Shown one piece after another: positions 1 to 7,864 of a stretch of 64,000 bases of DNA. Under the pieces are notes generated by a model that was not told the DNA's origin, made no database searches, and worked only from the letters and a program-made list of their open reading frames with translations. Source of the DNA: an uncultured Kiloniellales bacterium (GTDB taxonomy: Bacteria > Actinomycetota > Acidimicrobiia > Spongiisociales > UBA5794); assembly GCA_964196275.1 (NCBI GenBank), contig CAXMSN010000067.1, forward strand, positions 15,399-79,398. Direction: 5' to 3'. A program made the translations under genes and the position numbers. How positions within the stretch are numbered: the stretch's first letter is position 1; each line of letters starts with the position of its first letter.

Positions 1-17
1 AGGAGACCAGCGCTGAG

Positions 18-320
18 GTGACTGAAGGCAGCCCCCACCCCAGGGTCTGGTCGCGCGAGCACTACGACTGGTCCCATCCGACACGGATCACATGGACCGC
101 CGTCGAGTCGAACTTCTGTCTGCCCGGGAGTCACGTCTCGATGGACCTCGCACCAAGACCGGAGGGTGGTACGACAGTCGCGGTGACCTGGGAGCGCACA
201 CCGAGCAATCTGAAGGGAAGCATGTCCATCGGCGTCGTGAGACTCGGGGGGGACCGCCTCCTCAGATGGGCTACACGTAGGTCACTGATTGAGATCGGCC
301 AGAAGCTGGGATCCGCGTAA
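18..320 (+). CDS. SRPBCC-like (polyketide cyclase/dehydrase-type) protein, probably the C-terminal part of a gene starting outside the window
   Basis: ORF 18..320. The frame has no stop back to base 3, so the N-terminus may lie upstream. Alternatively, AGGAGA at 1-6 could serve GTG-18. The family call is weak and rests on the beta-rich pattern (..GGTTVAVTWERTP..GSMSIGVVRLGGDRLL..) only. Confidence 0.45.
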   Translation: MTEGSPHPRVWSREHYDWSHPTRITWTAVESNFCLPGSHVSMDLAPRPEGGTTVAVTWERTPSNLKGSMSIGVVRLGGDRLLRWATRRSLIEIGQKLGSA

Positions 321-340
321 CCAGCCAGGGGCCCGTGCAG

Positions 341-1045
341 TTATGTCACGCCTGTGACGGCATGGAGGTGCCAGGTGCCTGGTACGCCTTTCAGATCGTG
401 AGCACCCTGATCCGTGAAGTCGATACCTGCTCCGATCACAGACTCCATGACGGTTCGGGTCACAAGGATCTCATCAGCATTGGCGGCCTCGGCAACACGA
501 GCCCCTATGTGCACGGCGATACCGCCGAGGTCGTCGCCCAGAATCTCGACCTCCCCTGAGTGCACGCCGATGCGCACGTGCAGGCCGATGTCGGCCGTCT
601 CCTTGCGGATCGCCGCCGCGCATCGGATGGCACGCGTCGGGCCGTCGAAGCTCGAGAGAAAGCCGTCCCCGGTCTGCTTGATCTCACGCCCTCCGAAGTG
701 GCGGATCTGTGCTCTTGTGATCTCGTTGTGACGCTCGAGCAGTGATCTCCACTCCGTATCGCCTCTCTGCGAGGCCTGGCGGGTCGAATCGACGATGTCG
801 GTGAACATCACGGTCGACAGGATGCGATCCGGTGACGGTATCGCCTTGCCCTTCTCGAGAAGCGCGGAGCGATAGTCCGTGAGGTACTGCTGCGAATTGG
901 CGAGGTAGTCATGGTCAAGTCTGTTGCGGAACATGGAGACACGGAAGACCTCGGCCCAGTCGGACACCGGCATCACATAGTCATCCACTGCCTGGAAGTA
1001 GAGCGGCCAACGTTTCACATGATCTTCCGACCGGAAGAGGTTCAT
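341..1045 (-). CDS. class III adenylate/guanylate cyclase catalytic-domain ORF (conventional ORF call; see extended model 341..1528)
   Basis: Cyclase motifs are present: 'TVMFTDIVDST' (metal Asp), 'IKQTGDGFLSSFDGP' (Lys + second metal Asp), 'GVHSGEVE' and 'GIAVHIGARV'. The first ~70 aa (MNLFRSEDHVKRW..) are not cyclase. They look like the C-terminal part of a MerB fold. No SD sequence precedes ATG-1045. Confidence 0.85.
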   Translation of the reverse strand: MNLFRSEDHVKRWPLYFQAVDDYVMPVSDWAEVFRVSMFRNRLDHDYLANSQQYLTDYRSALLEKGKAIPSPDRILSTVMFTDIVDSTRQASQRGDTEWRSLLERHNEITRAQIRHFGGREIKQTGDGFLSSFDGPTRAIRCAAAIRKETADIGLHVRIGVHSGEVEILGDDLGGIAVHIGARVAEAANADEILVTRTVMESVIGAGIDFTDQGAHDLKGVPGTWHLHAVTGVT

Positions 1046-1528
1046 GCGGCTTCAGTTGAATGCCCCCGAGCCTGCCCTGGACCGGGCGAATGGCGACGGC
1101 ATGTAACCAACTGCCGTCTCCGGACTGATCTCGAGTATCTCGTCGTCGAGCATTCGGATTCGAACCGTGTCGCCACAGTCCACGCATCGGGTCTCGACGA
1201 CTACTTCTTGGCCCGGAAAGAGCCAGCGCACGGCCAGCGATTCCATGCCTCACTGGCCGTACCATCCCGGCACGCCATCAACGCTTATCAGATGGTGGGT
1301 AGGAACGTTGCTGAAGGGTGCCCACGACTCGATGAAGTCGGTGTCCCTCGACAGCCAATACCCAGCGATCGGTGCGGCGTTCGCAGCCTCGGTCTGAAGA
1401 ACACGGGCCTCCTCCATCCCGATCCCGAGTTCGTCAGCCAACTCGGTGTAATGCGGAGCCCGCCCCGACGACACGAAGTGCTCGAGAATGGTCGTGAAGC
1501 CTCGTTGCACCAGATCCTGATCAGCCAT
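341..1528 (-). CDS. proposed 395-aa MerB-like (alkylmercury-lyase fold) / class III cyclase fusion, read through two in-frame UGA (Sec?) codons at 1252..1250 and 1054..1052
   Basis: ORFs 1250..1528, 1052..1246 and 341..1045 share one frame (1528-1246=282 and 1246-1045=201, both multiples of 3). They are separated only by TGA. A strong SD (GGGAGGG, 4 nt spacer) exists only before ATG-1528. The joined sequence reads '..GWYGQ-U-GMESLAV..' against MerB 'LYAW-C96-ALDTLI', and '..GAFN-U-SRMNLFRSEDHVKRW' against MerB 'SFC-C-HVHFFASVPTAEDW'. tRNA-Sec and a Sec-type selD lie in the same window. Confidence 0.55.
1019..1045 (-). promoter_or_regulatory. candidate SECIS hairpin downstream of the second UGA of the MerB-like/cyclase gene
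   Basis: The mRNA reads UGA AGC CGC AUGA-ACC-UCUUCC-GGUC-GGAAGA-UCAU. This gives a 4-bp lower stem, a 3-nt 5' bulge, a perfect 6-bp upper stem and a GGUC apical loop starting 20 nt after the UGA. As I recall it, the loop sequence matches the E. coli fdhF SECIS apical loop. Confidence 0.45.
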
Positions 1529-1604
1529 GTAGCCCTCCCGACACGGTGTCCACCGGAGTCGAGACTACTCGCCGCCAGGCTGTCACGAGGCGTCGGAGGC
1601 TGCG

Positions 1605-1644
1605 ATTCGATCTGGCAGAAGCCGTGGTTGCAGTAGCCGTTCGG
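1605..1644. repeat. 40-bp perfect direct repeat copy A (remnant of an msrA 3' end)
   Basis: 'attcgatctggcagaagccgtggttgcagtagccgttcgg' is identical to 2678..2717. On the minus strand it encodes ..[14 protein letters not shown].., the same as the MsrA C-terminus. Degraded similarity continues to ~1660, with TAG where msrA has Leu. Confidence 0.95.
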
Positions 1645-1767
1645 GTTGTTCGCTAGTACGGATTCCTTCTGCGCACATGTGCCGCGATGCGTGGCGCCGC
1701 GCGATCGGAGCGTGTACGTTTGCGAATAGGCGCCGCTCGGCGCGGTAACTGTTGAGAGAGGATCAAT

Positions 1768-2583
1768 GTGGCCAAGGACATCTGGCAGCAGTTGGAGAGC
1801 GCCGAGGATTCGACGATCGATCGAATCGTTGAGCGGCTTGAGATGCGTGGTCGCGACGATACGTTCATCGCGCTGATTGAGCGCTACCTCGACCTGATCG
1901 ACATTGACTCAATTGGCATCGTGTTGGAGTTGGGCTGCGGGACTGGGGTCGTGTCGCGGGCAATCGCCGCGAGACCAAATTTTGCCGGTTCGGTTGTCGG
2001 CTCCGACTACAGCGCCCAACTCGTTGAGGCTGCCCAGCGACTCGCCCGAGCTGAAGGTGTCGGAGACATCGTCCGGTTCGAGGTAGAAGATGCACAGGCG
2101 ACCCGGCAACCCAACAACACATACGACGCCGTGATACTGCACACGGTGGTCAGTCACCTGCCTGAGCCGGCCTCAGCTGTGGGCGAGGCAGCGCGAGCAG
2201 CCAAGCCGGACGGTGCCGTTGTTGTTTTCGACGGTGATTACGCGTCGCTCACGATTCACACCGGGCATCCCGATGATGAGACCGTGCTTCAGGCGATTCG
2301 GGACGTGTCGTCCGCCAATCATCACGTCATGCGATCCATGCCAGGAATCATGAAGCAGCAGTCGCTTTCGATCAAAAGCATCGATGCCTCGGTGCTCGTC
2401 GCTGCCGGTGAATCGCCTTTCTTCGGAAGCCTTGCAAGGACATACCTGCCCCTCGCTGTGGCGTCAGGGGAACTCGATCGGGACCTAGGGCGGGATTGGA
2501 TGACTTCGTTTGAGGCATCCTCAGCCGCTGGAACTGCCTTTGCCTCCTGCAACTATCTCTCCTACATCGCTCAACACGACTAG
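1768..2583 (+). CDS. class I SAM-dependent methyltransferase
   Basis: 271-aa ORF with a GTG start and GAGAGAGGA upstream. It carries SAM-binding motif I, 'VLELGCGTGVVSRAIA', and a post-I acidic residue ('VVGSDYS'). Confidence 0.85.
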   Translation: MAKDIWQQLESAEDSTIDRIVERLEMRGRDDTFIALIERYLDLIDIDSIGIVLELGCGTGVVSRAIAARPNFAGSVVGSDYSAQLVEAAQRLARAEGVGDIVRFEVEDAQATRQPNNTYDAVILHTVVSHLPEPASAVGEAARAAKPDGAVVVFDGDYASLTIHTGHPDDETVLQAIRDVSSANHHVMRSMPGIMKQQSLSIKSIDASVLVAAGESPFFGSLARTYLPLAVASGELDRDLGRDWMTSFEASSAAGTAFASCNYLSYIAQHD

Positions 2584-2657
2584 CCCGGCGCACACATCGC
2601 AGGCATTCTGAACAGTCCCAGGCATCGACGAACGACAGCGTTGGCCGGCAGACTCAC

Positions 2658-3275
2658 CTAGGCGTTGGTGGTCGCGTATTCGATCTGGCAGAAGCCGTGG
2701 TTGCAGTAGCCGTTCGGATTCTTGGCGAGATACTGCTGGTGATACTCATCGGCGTAGTAGAACGGGCCTGCGGACTCGATCTCCGTTGCGATGGATCCGA
2801 AACCTGCTTCCGAAAGACCCGCGCCGTACATCTCCTTGGAAGCGACAGCTATGTCCCGCTGCTCCTCCTTCGTCCAGTAGATGCCTGAGCGGTATTGCGT
2901 GCCGCGGTCGTTTCCCTGACCGTTCACCTGGGTGGGATCGTGCTGCTCCCAGAAGTGCTTGAGGATCTCATCGAGAGTGACGACCGATGGGTCATAGACA
3001 ACGAGCGCGGCTTCGGTATGACCGGTTCCTCCTGAGCACACCTCCGCATAGGTGGGATTCTCTGTCTGTCCGCCCTGGTACCCGGCAGCGGTCGTGATAA
3101 CCCCTGGCAAGTTCCAGAAGACTCGCTCGGAACCCCAGAAACATCCCATTCCGAATGAGATGACCTCTGAGCCCTCGGGGAACGGCGGCTTCATCGATGA
3201 GCCGTTCACGTAGTGGATTGCGCTGATCTGCTCCTCTTCAGGACGACCGGCGATTGCAGTATCTGCGGTTGGCAT
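2658..3275 (-). CDS. msrA: peptide-methionine (S)-S-oxide reductase MsrA
   Basis: 205-aa ORF with the catalytic motif '[13 protein letters not shown]' and a C-terminal '[11 protein letters not shown]'. The catalytic residue is Cys (TGC), not UGA. Confidence 0.93.
   Translation of the reverse strand: MPTADTAIAGRPEEEQISAIHYVNGSSMKPPFPEGSEVISFGMGCFWGSERVFWNLPGVITTAAGYQGGQTENPTYAEVCSGGTGHTEAALVVYDPSVVTLDEILKHFWEQHDPTQVNGQGNDRGTQYRSGIYWTKEEQRDIAVASKEMYGAGLSEAGFGSIATEIESAGPFYYADEYHQQYLAKNPNGYCNHGFCQIEYATTNA
2678..2717. repeat. 40-bp perfect direct repeat copy B (inside the msrA 3' end)
   Basis: Identical to 1605..1644, in the same orientation, 1073 bp apart. Confidence 0.95.
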
Positions 3276-3376
3276 CTTTCGTGTTCTCCTTCGAAACCTG
3301 ATGGTGAAACGCTACCCGGCCGACACGCGTTCCATCTTCTTTGTGGCAACCGCCATGACCTCGGTAGGTTGACTCT

Positions 3377-5386
3377 ATGAAAGACACCTTCGATGGCCTT
3401 CGAACCGCAGTGCGTAAACGCGGCTCCGCAGCATTCCTTCTCGCTGCGGTGGTTCTCGGTGTTCTTGTTGGCTTTGCAACTGCAGTACTCGCATGGATGA
3501 TCGAAGCCGTAGAGGTCTTCACCGTGAACTTCGCCACATGGTCGACTCTGGAGCGAGCGGTGTTCCTGGTGACGATCCCGGCCGCGCTGACCATCTCATG
3601 GGCCCTCAACCGAAAGTGGGGCCCTGGCGTCTCAAGCGGCGGCGTCACCGAGACGATGGTTGGTCTGAGCCTGCACGGAGGCTATCTGCCGACGAGAGTG
3701 GTGCCGGCCAAGCTGCTCGCCACGGCAGTAACTCTCGGCGCCGGAGGCTCCGGTGGCCGTGAGGGCCCGATCGCTCTCATTGGTGCAACGATCGGCTCTT
3801 CGCTTGCCAGGTACACGAACTTCGATCACGACAAGATCAGAAGCCTGGTGGCTGCAGGCGCCGGAGCAGGTATCGGGGCGAGCTTCAACGCACCGATAGC
3901 TGGCATGTTGTTCGCGATGGAGGTGATCCTCGGTTCCTTTGCGATTCGGCACCTCAACGCAGTCGTCATCGCATCGGTGGGAGCCGCCGTCACGAGCCAC
4001 ATCCTCCTCGGAGACGAACAGTTCCTGACGGCGCCAGCGCACGCACTTGGAGCACCGAGTGAGCTCGTCCTCTACGTCGGGCTCGCCGGTATCGCCGTCG
4101 CTTTCGGCCTCCTGTACTTGAGGGCGCTCGATCTCGGTGCGCGTTACCGTCTTCCGGCGGCGTTCCCAGGCTGGATGTTCCCTGTCGTGGCTGGCCTCAT
4201 CGTTGGTGCGATCGGGTTGGTCGCACCAAATTCGCTCGGCACGGGTCACAGGTACCTGTCAGAACTCCTCGCCCTCGAGGACAGTGGCGGATTCGTCTGG
4301 TACGCCCTCGGTGCACTGGCCCTGGCGAAGATCGTCACCTCCGTGTTCACGAGGTCCGGTGGCGGCTCGGCCGGCACGTTCATGCCGAGCCTGTTCATAG
4401 GTGGCGCGGTCGGCGCCGGCTTTGCGATCTTGATCGACCCAATCTGGACTGGAACCACCCTGAAGCCTGGTGCGTTTGCGATCGTCGGGATGGCGGCTGT
4501 GTTCGCAACCATCGCCAGAGCACCCATGACGTCGGTCATCATCATGTTCGAGCTCACAGGCAACTACGAACTCGTCCTGCCACTCATGCTCGCCGCTGCT
4601 CTGGCCACCTACGCCGGCGAGCGAATCCATCCGGCAAACGCATACACGATCCCGCTCAAGCGCAAAGGCATAACCCTGCCGAAGAGCGAGGACATCGACC
4701 TTCTCGACACCGTGTTCGTGAGCACGGTGATGCAGCCGCTCGACGGTGCTCTTCACCCATGGACAACGCTCGCCGAGGCGGCAGAGTTGTTCGACAGTTC
4801 CACTCACCATGGAGCAGCGGTGCTGAGCGACCGCGACCATCTGGTCGGAATACTGACACTTGCCGATATCGCGCGCGCTGGAGGGCCGTCACTTTCAGTG
4901 ACCGTCTCCGAGGCTATGTCCGGTGATGTGATCACGGTGACCCCTGATGTCCCGGTCTCGATCGCGCTGACGCGAATGGCGTCTCTCGGCGTCGGAAGGC
5001 TTCCGGTCGTCTCCGAATCGGACCCGAGGCACGTCGTCGGGATGTTCCGACGCGAATCTGTCGTCAAGGCCTATGAGTCTGCGTTGTCCATGTCCAAGGG
5101 CAGGGAGCTGTACAGGGAACGGAAGCGGATTCGCACCCAGCCGGGAGCCGACTTCTTCGAAGCCACCGTTCGTGAAGGGTCCCCGATCGCGAACGCGTTG
5201 GTATCGGAAATCGCCTGGCCTGAGCACAGCGTGCTTGTGTCCATCCGCAGAGGAACCAACGTGCTCGTGCCTCACGGCAAGACATCGATTCGCGTCGGAG
5301 ACGTGATCACCTCGTTCGGCAGCCCGACGGCGAACCGCGGCTTCTCGAAGCTGACAGAGCCCGGGCCGAGCGGCGATCTGGAGTAG
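3377..5386 (+). CDS. ClC-family voltage-gated chloride channel/antiporter with C-terminal CBS pair and TrkA-C-like domain
   Basis: 669 aa. ClC motifs are 'SGGVTETMVG', 'GSGGREGPIALIG' and 'GTFMPSLFIGG', with multiple TM segments. The C-terminus has CBS-like repeats (..HHGAAVLSDRDHLVGILTLADI.., ..GVGRLPVVSE..HVVGMFRRE..) followed by an RCK-C-like tail. Confidence 0.9.
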   Translation: MKDTFDGLRTAVRKRGSAAFLLAAVVLGVLVGFATAVLAWMIEAVEVFTVNFATWSTLERAVFLVTIPAALTISWALNRKWGPGVSSGGVTETMVGLSLHGGYLPTRVVPAKLLATAVTLGAGGSGGREGPIALIGATIGSSLARYTNFDHDKIRSLVAAGAGAGIGASFNAPIAGMLFAMEVILGSFAIRHLNAVVIASVGAAVTSHILLGDEQFLTAPAHALGAPSELVLYVGLAGIAVAFGLLYLRALDLGARYRLPAAFPGWMFPVVAGLIVGAIGLVAPNSLGTGHRYLSELLALEDSGGFVWYALGALALAKIVTSVFTRSGGGSAGTFMPSLFIGGAVGAGFAILIDPIWTGTTLKPGAFAIVGMAAVFATIARAPMTSVIIMFELTGNYELVLPLMLAAALATYAGERIHPANAYTIPLKRKGITLPKSEDIDLLDTVFVSTVMQPLDGALHPWTTLAEAAELFDSSTHHGAAVLSDRDHLVGILTLADIARAGGPSLSVTVSEAMSGDVITVTPDVPVSIALTRMASLGVGRLPVVSESDPRHVVGMFRRESVVKAYESALSMSKGRELYRERKRIRTQPGADFFEATVREGSPIANALVSEIAWPEHSVLVSIRRGTNVLVPHGKTSIRVGDVITSFGSPTANRGFSKLTEPGPSGDLE

Positions 5387-5431
5387 CCAGATGCTTCGGA
5401 ACCAGCGCAAGAGTCGGTACATTTCTCAGTC

Positions 5432-6868
5432 ATGACCGCATCTCACCGGATCACACCGGTCATCCTCTCTGGCGGAATCGGCGCAAGGCTCTGGCCAGCG
5501 TCACGACGGCTGCAGCCGAAGCAGCTCCTGCCGCTCGTCGACGACCGCACGATGCTGAGAGCGACGATCGACAGGGTTGCCGCGCTCGACTCTGTCACAC
5601 AGCCGATCGTTGTCACGAACGGTCTCCACGCGGCGGCGATTCAGAATGAGCTCGCGAGCGCATCCCAGGCCGAGGCGACGCTGATCCTCGAGCCCATCGG
5701 CCGCAACACGGCGCCCGCGATCGCTGTCGCTGCTCTCGAAGCAATGGGACAAAAGGACGACCCTCTGTTGCTTGTCCTCCCGTCCGATCACACGATCGCG
5801 AACGAGGAAGCCTTCGCCTCCGCGGTCCGATATGCCGCAGAGGCAGCAGAATCAGGATTCCTGGTGACCTTTGGAATCTCCCCTGAGAGGCCCGAGACCG
5901 GATACGGCTACATCAGGCTTGGAGCACCGATCACGGAACACGTAATGCGCATCGATGAGTTCAAAGAGAAGCCAGATGCAGAGACCGCTGCCGCGTACCT
6001 TGGGTCCGGGGACTACCTGTGGAACTCGGGGATGTTCCTGTTCAAGGCGTCGACGTACTTGAACGAACTCGGGGCGCACGATCCGGCCATGGCCGACCTC
6101 GCGAGGCAGGCATGGGAAGGCGCAAAGCGCCAGGGACAGCAGATCCTGCTCGACTCCGACTCGTTCGGTCGGATCAAAGGGTCGTCCATCGACTACGCCG
6201 TGATGGAACGCACCACGATGGCAGCTGTGGTCCCCACTGATCCAGCGTGGAACGATGTCGGTTCTTGGGCATCACTCTGGGACATCGCAGAACGGGATGA
6301 GGATGGGAACGCCATGACCGGAGACGTGCTGGCCGTAGACGTTCACGACTCCTACGTGAGAGCGGGAGACCGCCTCGTGGCGGTCGTCGGAATCGAAGAC
6401 GCCATTGTCGTCGACACCCCCGATGCCGTGCTCGTGACCTCCCGAGACAGGGCTCAGGATGTGAAGCAGATCGTGGATCGCCTCGCGTCTGAACATCGGC
6501 AGGAACTCGAAACCGATGGCACCGAACTGAGGGGCTGGGGTGGCTTTCGAACGCTGACCTCAGGCCCCGGCTACAGAGTCCTACATGTTTGGCTTGACCC
6601 GGGGCAGAAAACGTCGATACAAGTACACGATGAGAGAAGTGAGCACTGGCAGGTGCTTCGCGGTGTCGCTCGGGTGACCGTAGACAGCGCGACCATGGAC
6701 GTTCCGCAGATGGAGTCTGTGTACATTCCGCCAGGGAAGTCTCACATGCTTGAAAACGAAGGAAACGAAGTGTTGGAGGTGATCGAAGTGGACGTTGACG
6801 TGCAGATGAACGAGGGCACCATCGCCCGATTCTTGGAGGACCATGGGATCGGGGGGGACGACCGATGA
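5432..6868 (+). CDS. manC: mannose-1-phosphate guanylyltransferase / mannose-6-phosphate isomerase (type II PMI-GMP)
   Basis: 478 aa. N-terminal 'ITPVILSGGIGARLWPASRRLQPKQLL', 'EPIGRNTAPAIA' and a C-terminal cupin region ('..HVWLDPGQKTSIQVHDERSEHWQVLRG..'). Confidence 0.92.
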   Translation: MTASHRITPVILSGGIGARLWPASRRLQPKQLLPLVDDRTMLRATIDRVAALDSVTQPIVVTNGLHAAAIQNELASASQAEATLILEPIGRNTAPAIAVAALEAMGQKDDPLLLVLPSDHTIANEEAFASAVRYAAEAAESGFLVTFGISPERPETGYGYIRLGAPITEHVMRIDEFKEKPDAETAAAYLGSGDYLWNSGMFLFKASTYLNELGAHDPAMADLARQAWEGAKRQGQQILLDSDSFGRIKGSSIDYAVMERTTMAAVVPTDPAWNDVGSWASLWDIAERDEDGNAMTGDVLAVDVHDSYVRAGDRLVAVVGIEDAIVVDTPDAVLVTSRDRAQDVKQIVDRLASEHRQELETDGTELRGWGGFRTLTSGPGYRVLHVWLDPGQKTSIQVHDERSEHWQVLRGVARVTVDSATMDVPQMESVYIPPGKSHMLENEGNEVLEVIEVDVDVQMNEGTIARFLEDHGIGGDDR

Positions 6869-7311
6869 CCCCGCTGATCATCTTTGTGGCTGTCGTGGCG
6901 TTGATCGTGTGGGGCGTCATCGCGTCGAAACGCACATCCGAGAGCAAGAAGGAAGCGATGGCCGACCTCAAGCTTCAGCAGGAACAGATCGAACCCTTCG
7001 ACATCCACTCTCTTGTCACCGACGAGATCGCGGACCTCGAACTTCGCTCGATACCCGGGGCGACAGGCATCCCAGCGTCTGTTCTGCTCAAGACATGGAA
7101 AGACAACATCGAGACAGCCAACGGTTGCCCCTCGCGTGATCTCCTGAGCTTCGTGGTCACGCCCGGCCTCGATCCGTCGGAGGCACTCGACTCGGATGTA
7201 ACGCTCGTTTGCGACGCCGACACGATCGCCGCTCAAGACGCACCAGCCGAGGACCAGCCAGCCAAGGAAACTGAGACACAGGAAGTCCCCGACGATCACG
7301 ACTCGAAGTAG
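6865..7311 (+). CDS. hypothetical membrane-anchored acidic protein
   Basis: 148-aa ORF with an ATGA overlap with the manC stop. It has one N-terminal TM ('LIIFVAVVALIVWGVIA'). I recognise no family. Confidence 0.6.
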   Translation: MTPLIIFVAVVALIVWGVIASKRTSESKKEAMADLKLQQEQIEPFDIHSLVTDEIADLELRSIPGATGIPASVLLKTWKDNIETANGCPSRDLLSFVVTPGLDPSEALDSDVTLVCDADTIAAQDAPAEDQPAKETETQEVPDDHDSK

Positions 7312-7314
7312 TCG

Positions 7315-7860
7315 ATGACATCGCGGACGATCGCCGTCTTTGGCGCGTCAAAAACTCAGCCAGGTGAGGCGTACTACGAGGAAGCCCGCCTGTGTGGCCG
7401 TCTGCTCGCCGGAAGTGGCTACCGCGTCGCGACCGGCGGATATGCCGGGACCATGGAGGCGGTTTCGATGGGTGCCAGGGAGGCGCAGGGCGAGGTTCTC
7501 GGCGTGACCGCGCCGACCGTATTCCTCGACCGCTCGATTGCAAATCCTTATCTGACCGACGAGCAGCCAGAGACGAGCCTCACGTCACGGATCGGGTCGC
7601 TCGTTGAGCACACGGACGGGGCCATTGCTCTTTGGGGGAGCCTCGGAACCGCTGCTGAGCTTGTCGTTGCGTGGAACGTCTCGTACGTCTCACAGTTCTC
7701 GACCGTGAGACGCAAACCCCTCATCGCCGTTGGGGAGCCATGGGCGAGCCTGATCCCCCACCTCGAGTCGACCCTCGACACAGAAGCTGGCCTTGTGACA
7801 CTCGCTGACGACGTCCAGATCGCCGTCGAACTGCTCAACACAACGCTGACTCAGGGGTAG
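7315..7860 (+). CDS. LOG/TIGR00725-type Rossmann protein (lysine-decarboxylase-like family)
   Basis: 181 aa. 'IAVFGASKT..EARLCGRLLAGSGYRVATGGYAGTMEAVSMGAREAQGEVLGVT' is typical of the LOG family. Confidence 0.75.
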   Translation: MTSRTIAVFGASKTQPGEAYYEEARLCGRLLAGSGYRVATGGYAGTMEAVSMGAREAQGEVLGVTAPTVFLDRSIANPYLTDEQPETSLTSRIGSLVEHTDGAIALWGSLGTAAELVVAWNVSYVSQFSTVRRKPLIAVGEPWASLIPHLESTLDTEAGLVTLADDVQIAVELLNTTLTQG

Positions 7861-7864
7861 CGCT

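Noticed and set aside
1596-1660. msrA-like fragment considered as a small gene
   Set aside because: Only ~18 codons of the MsrA C-terminus are present, with TAG at the Leu position and no start or upstream homology. It is a duplication remnant, reported as a repeat.
2658-3275. MsrA considered as a possible selenoprotein (Sec-MsrA forms exist)
   Set aside because: The catalytic residue in GMGCFWG is an ordinary Cys codon, and the ORF has no in-frame TGA.
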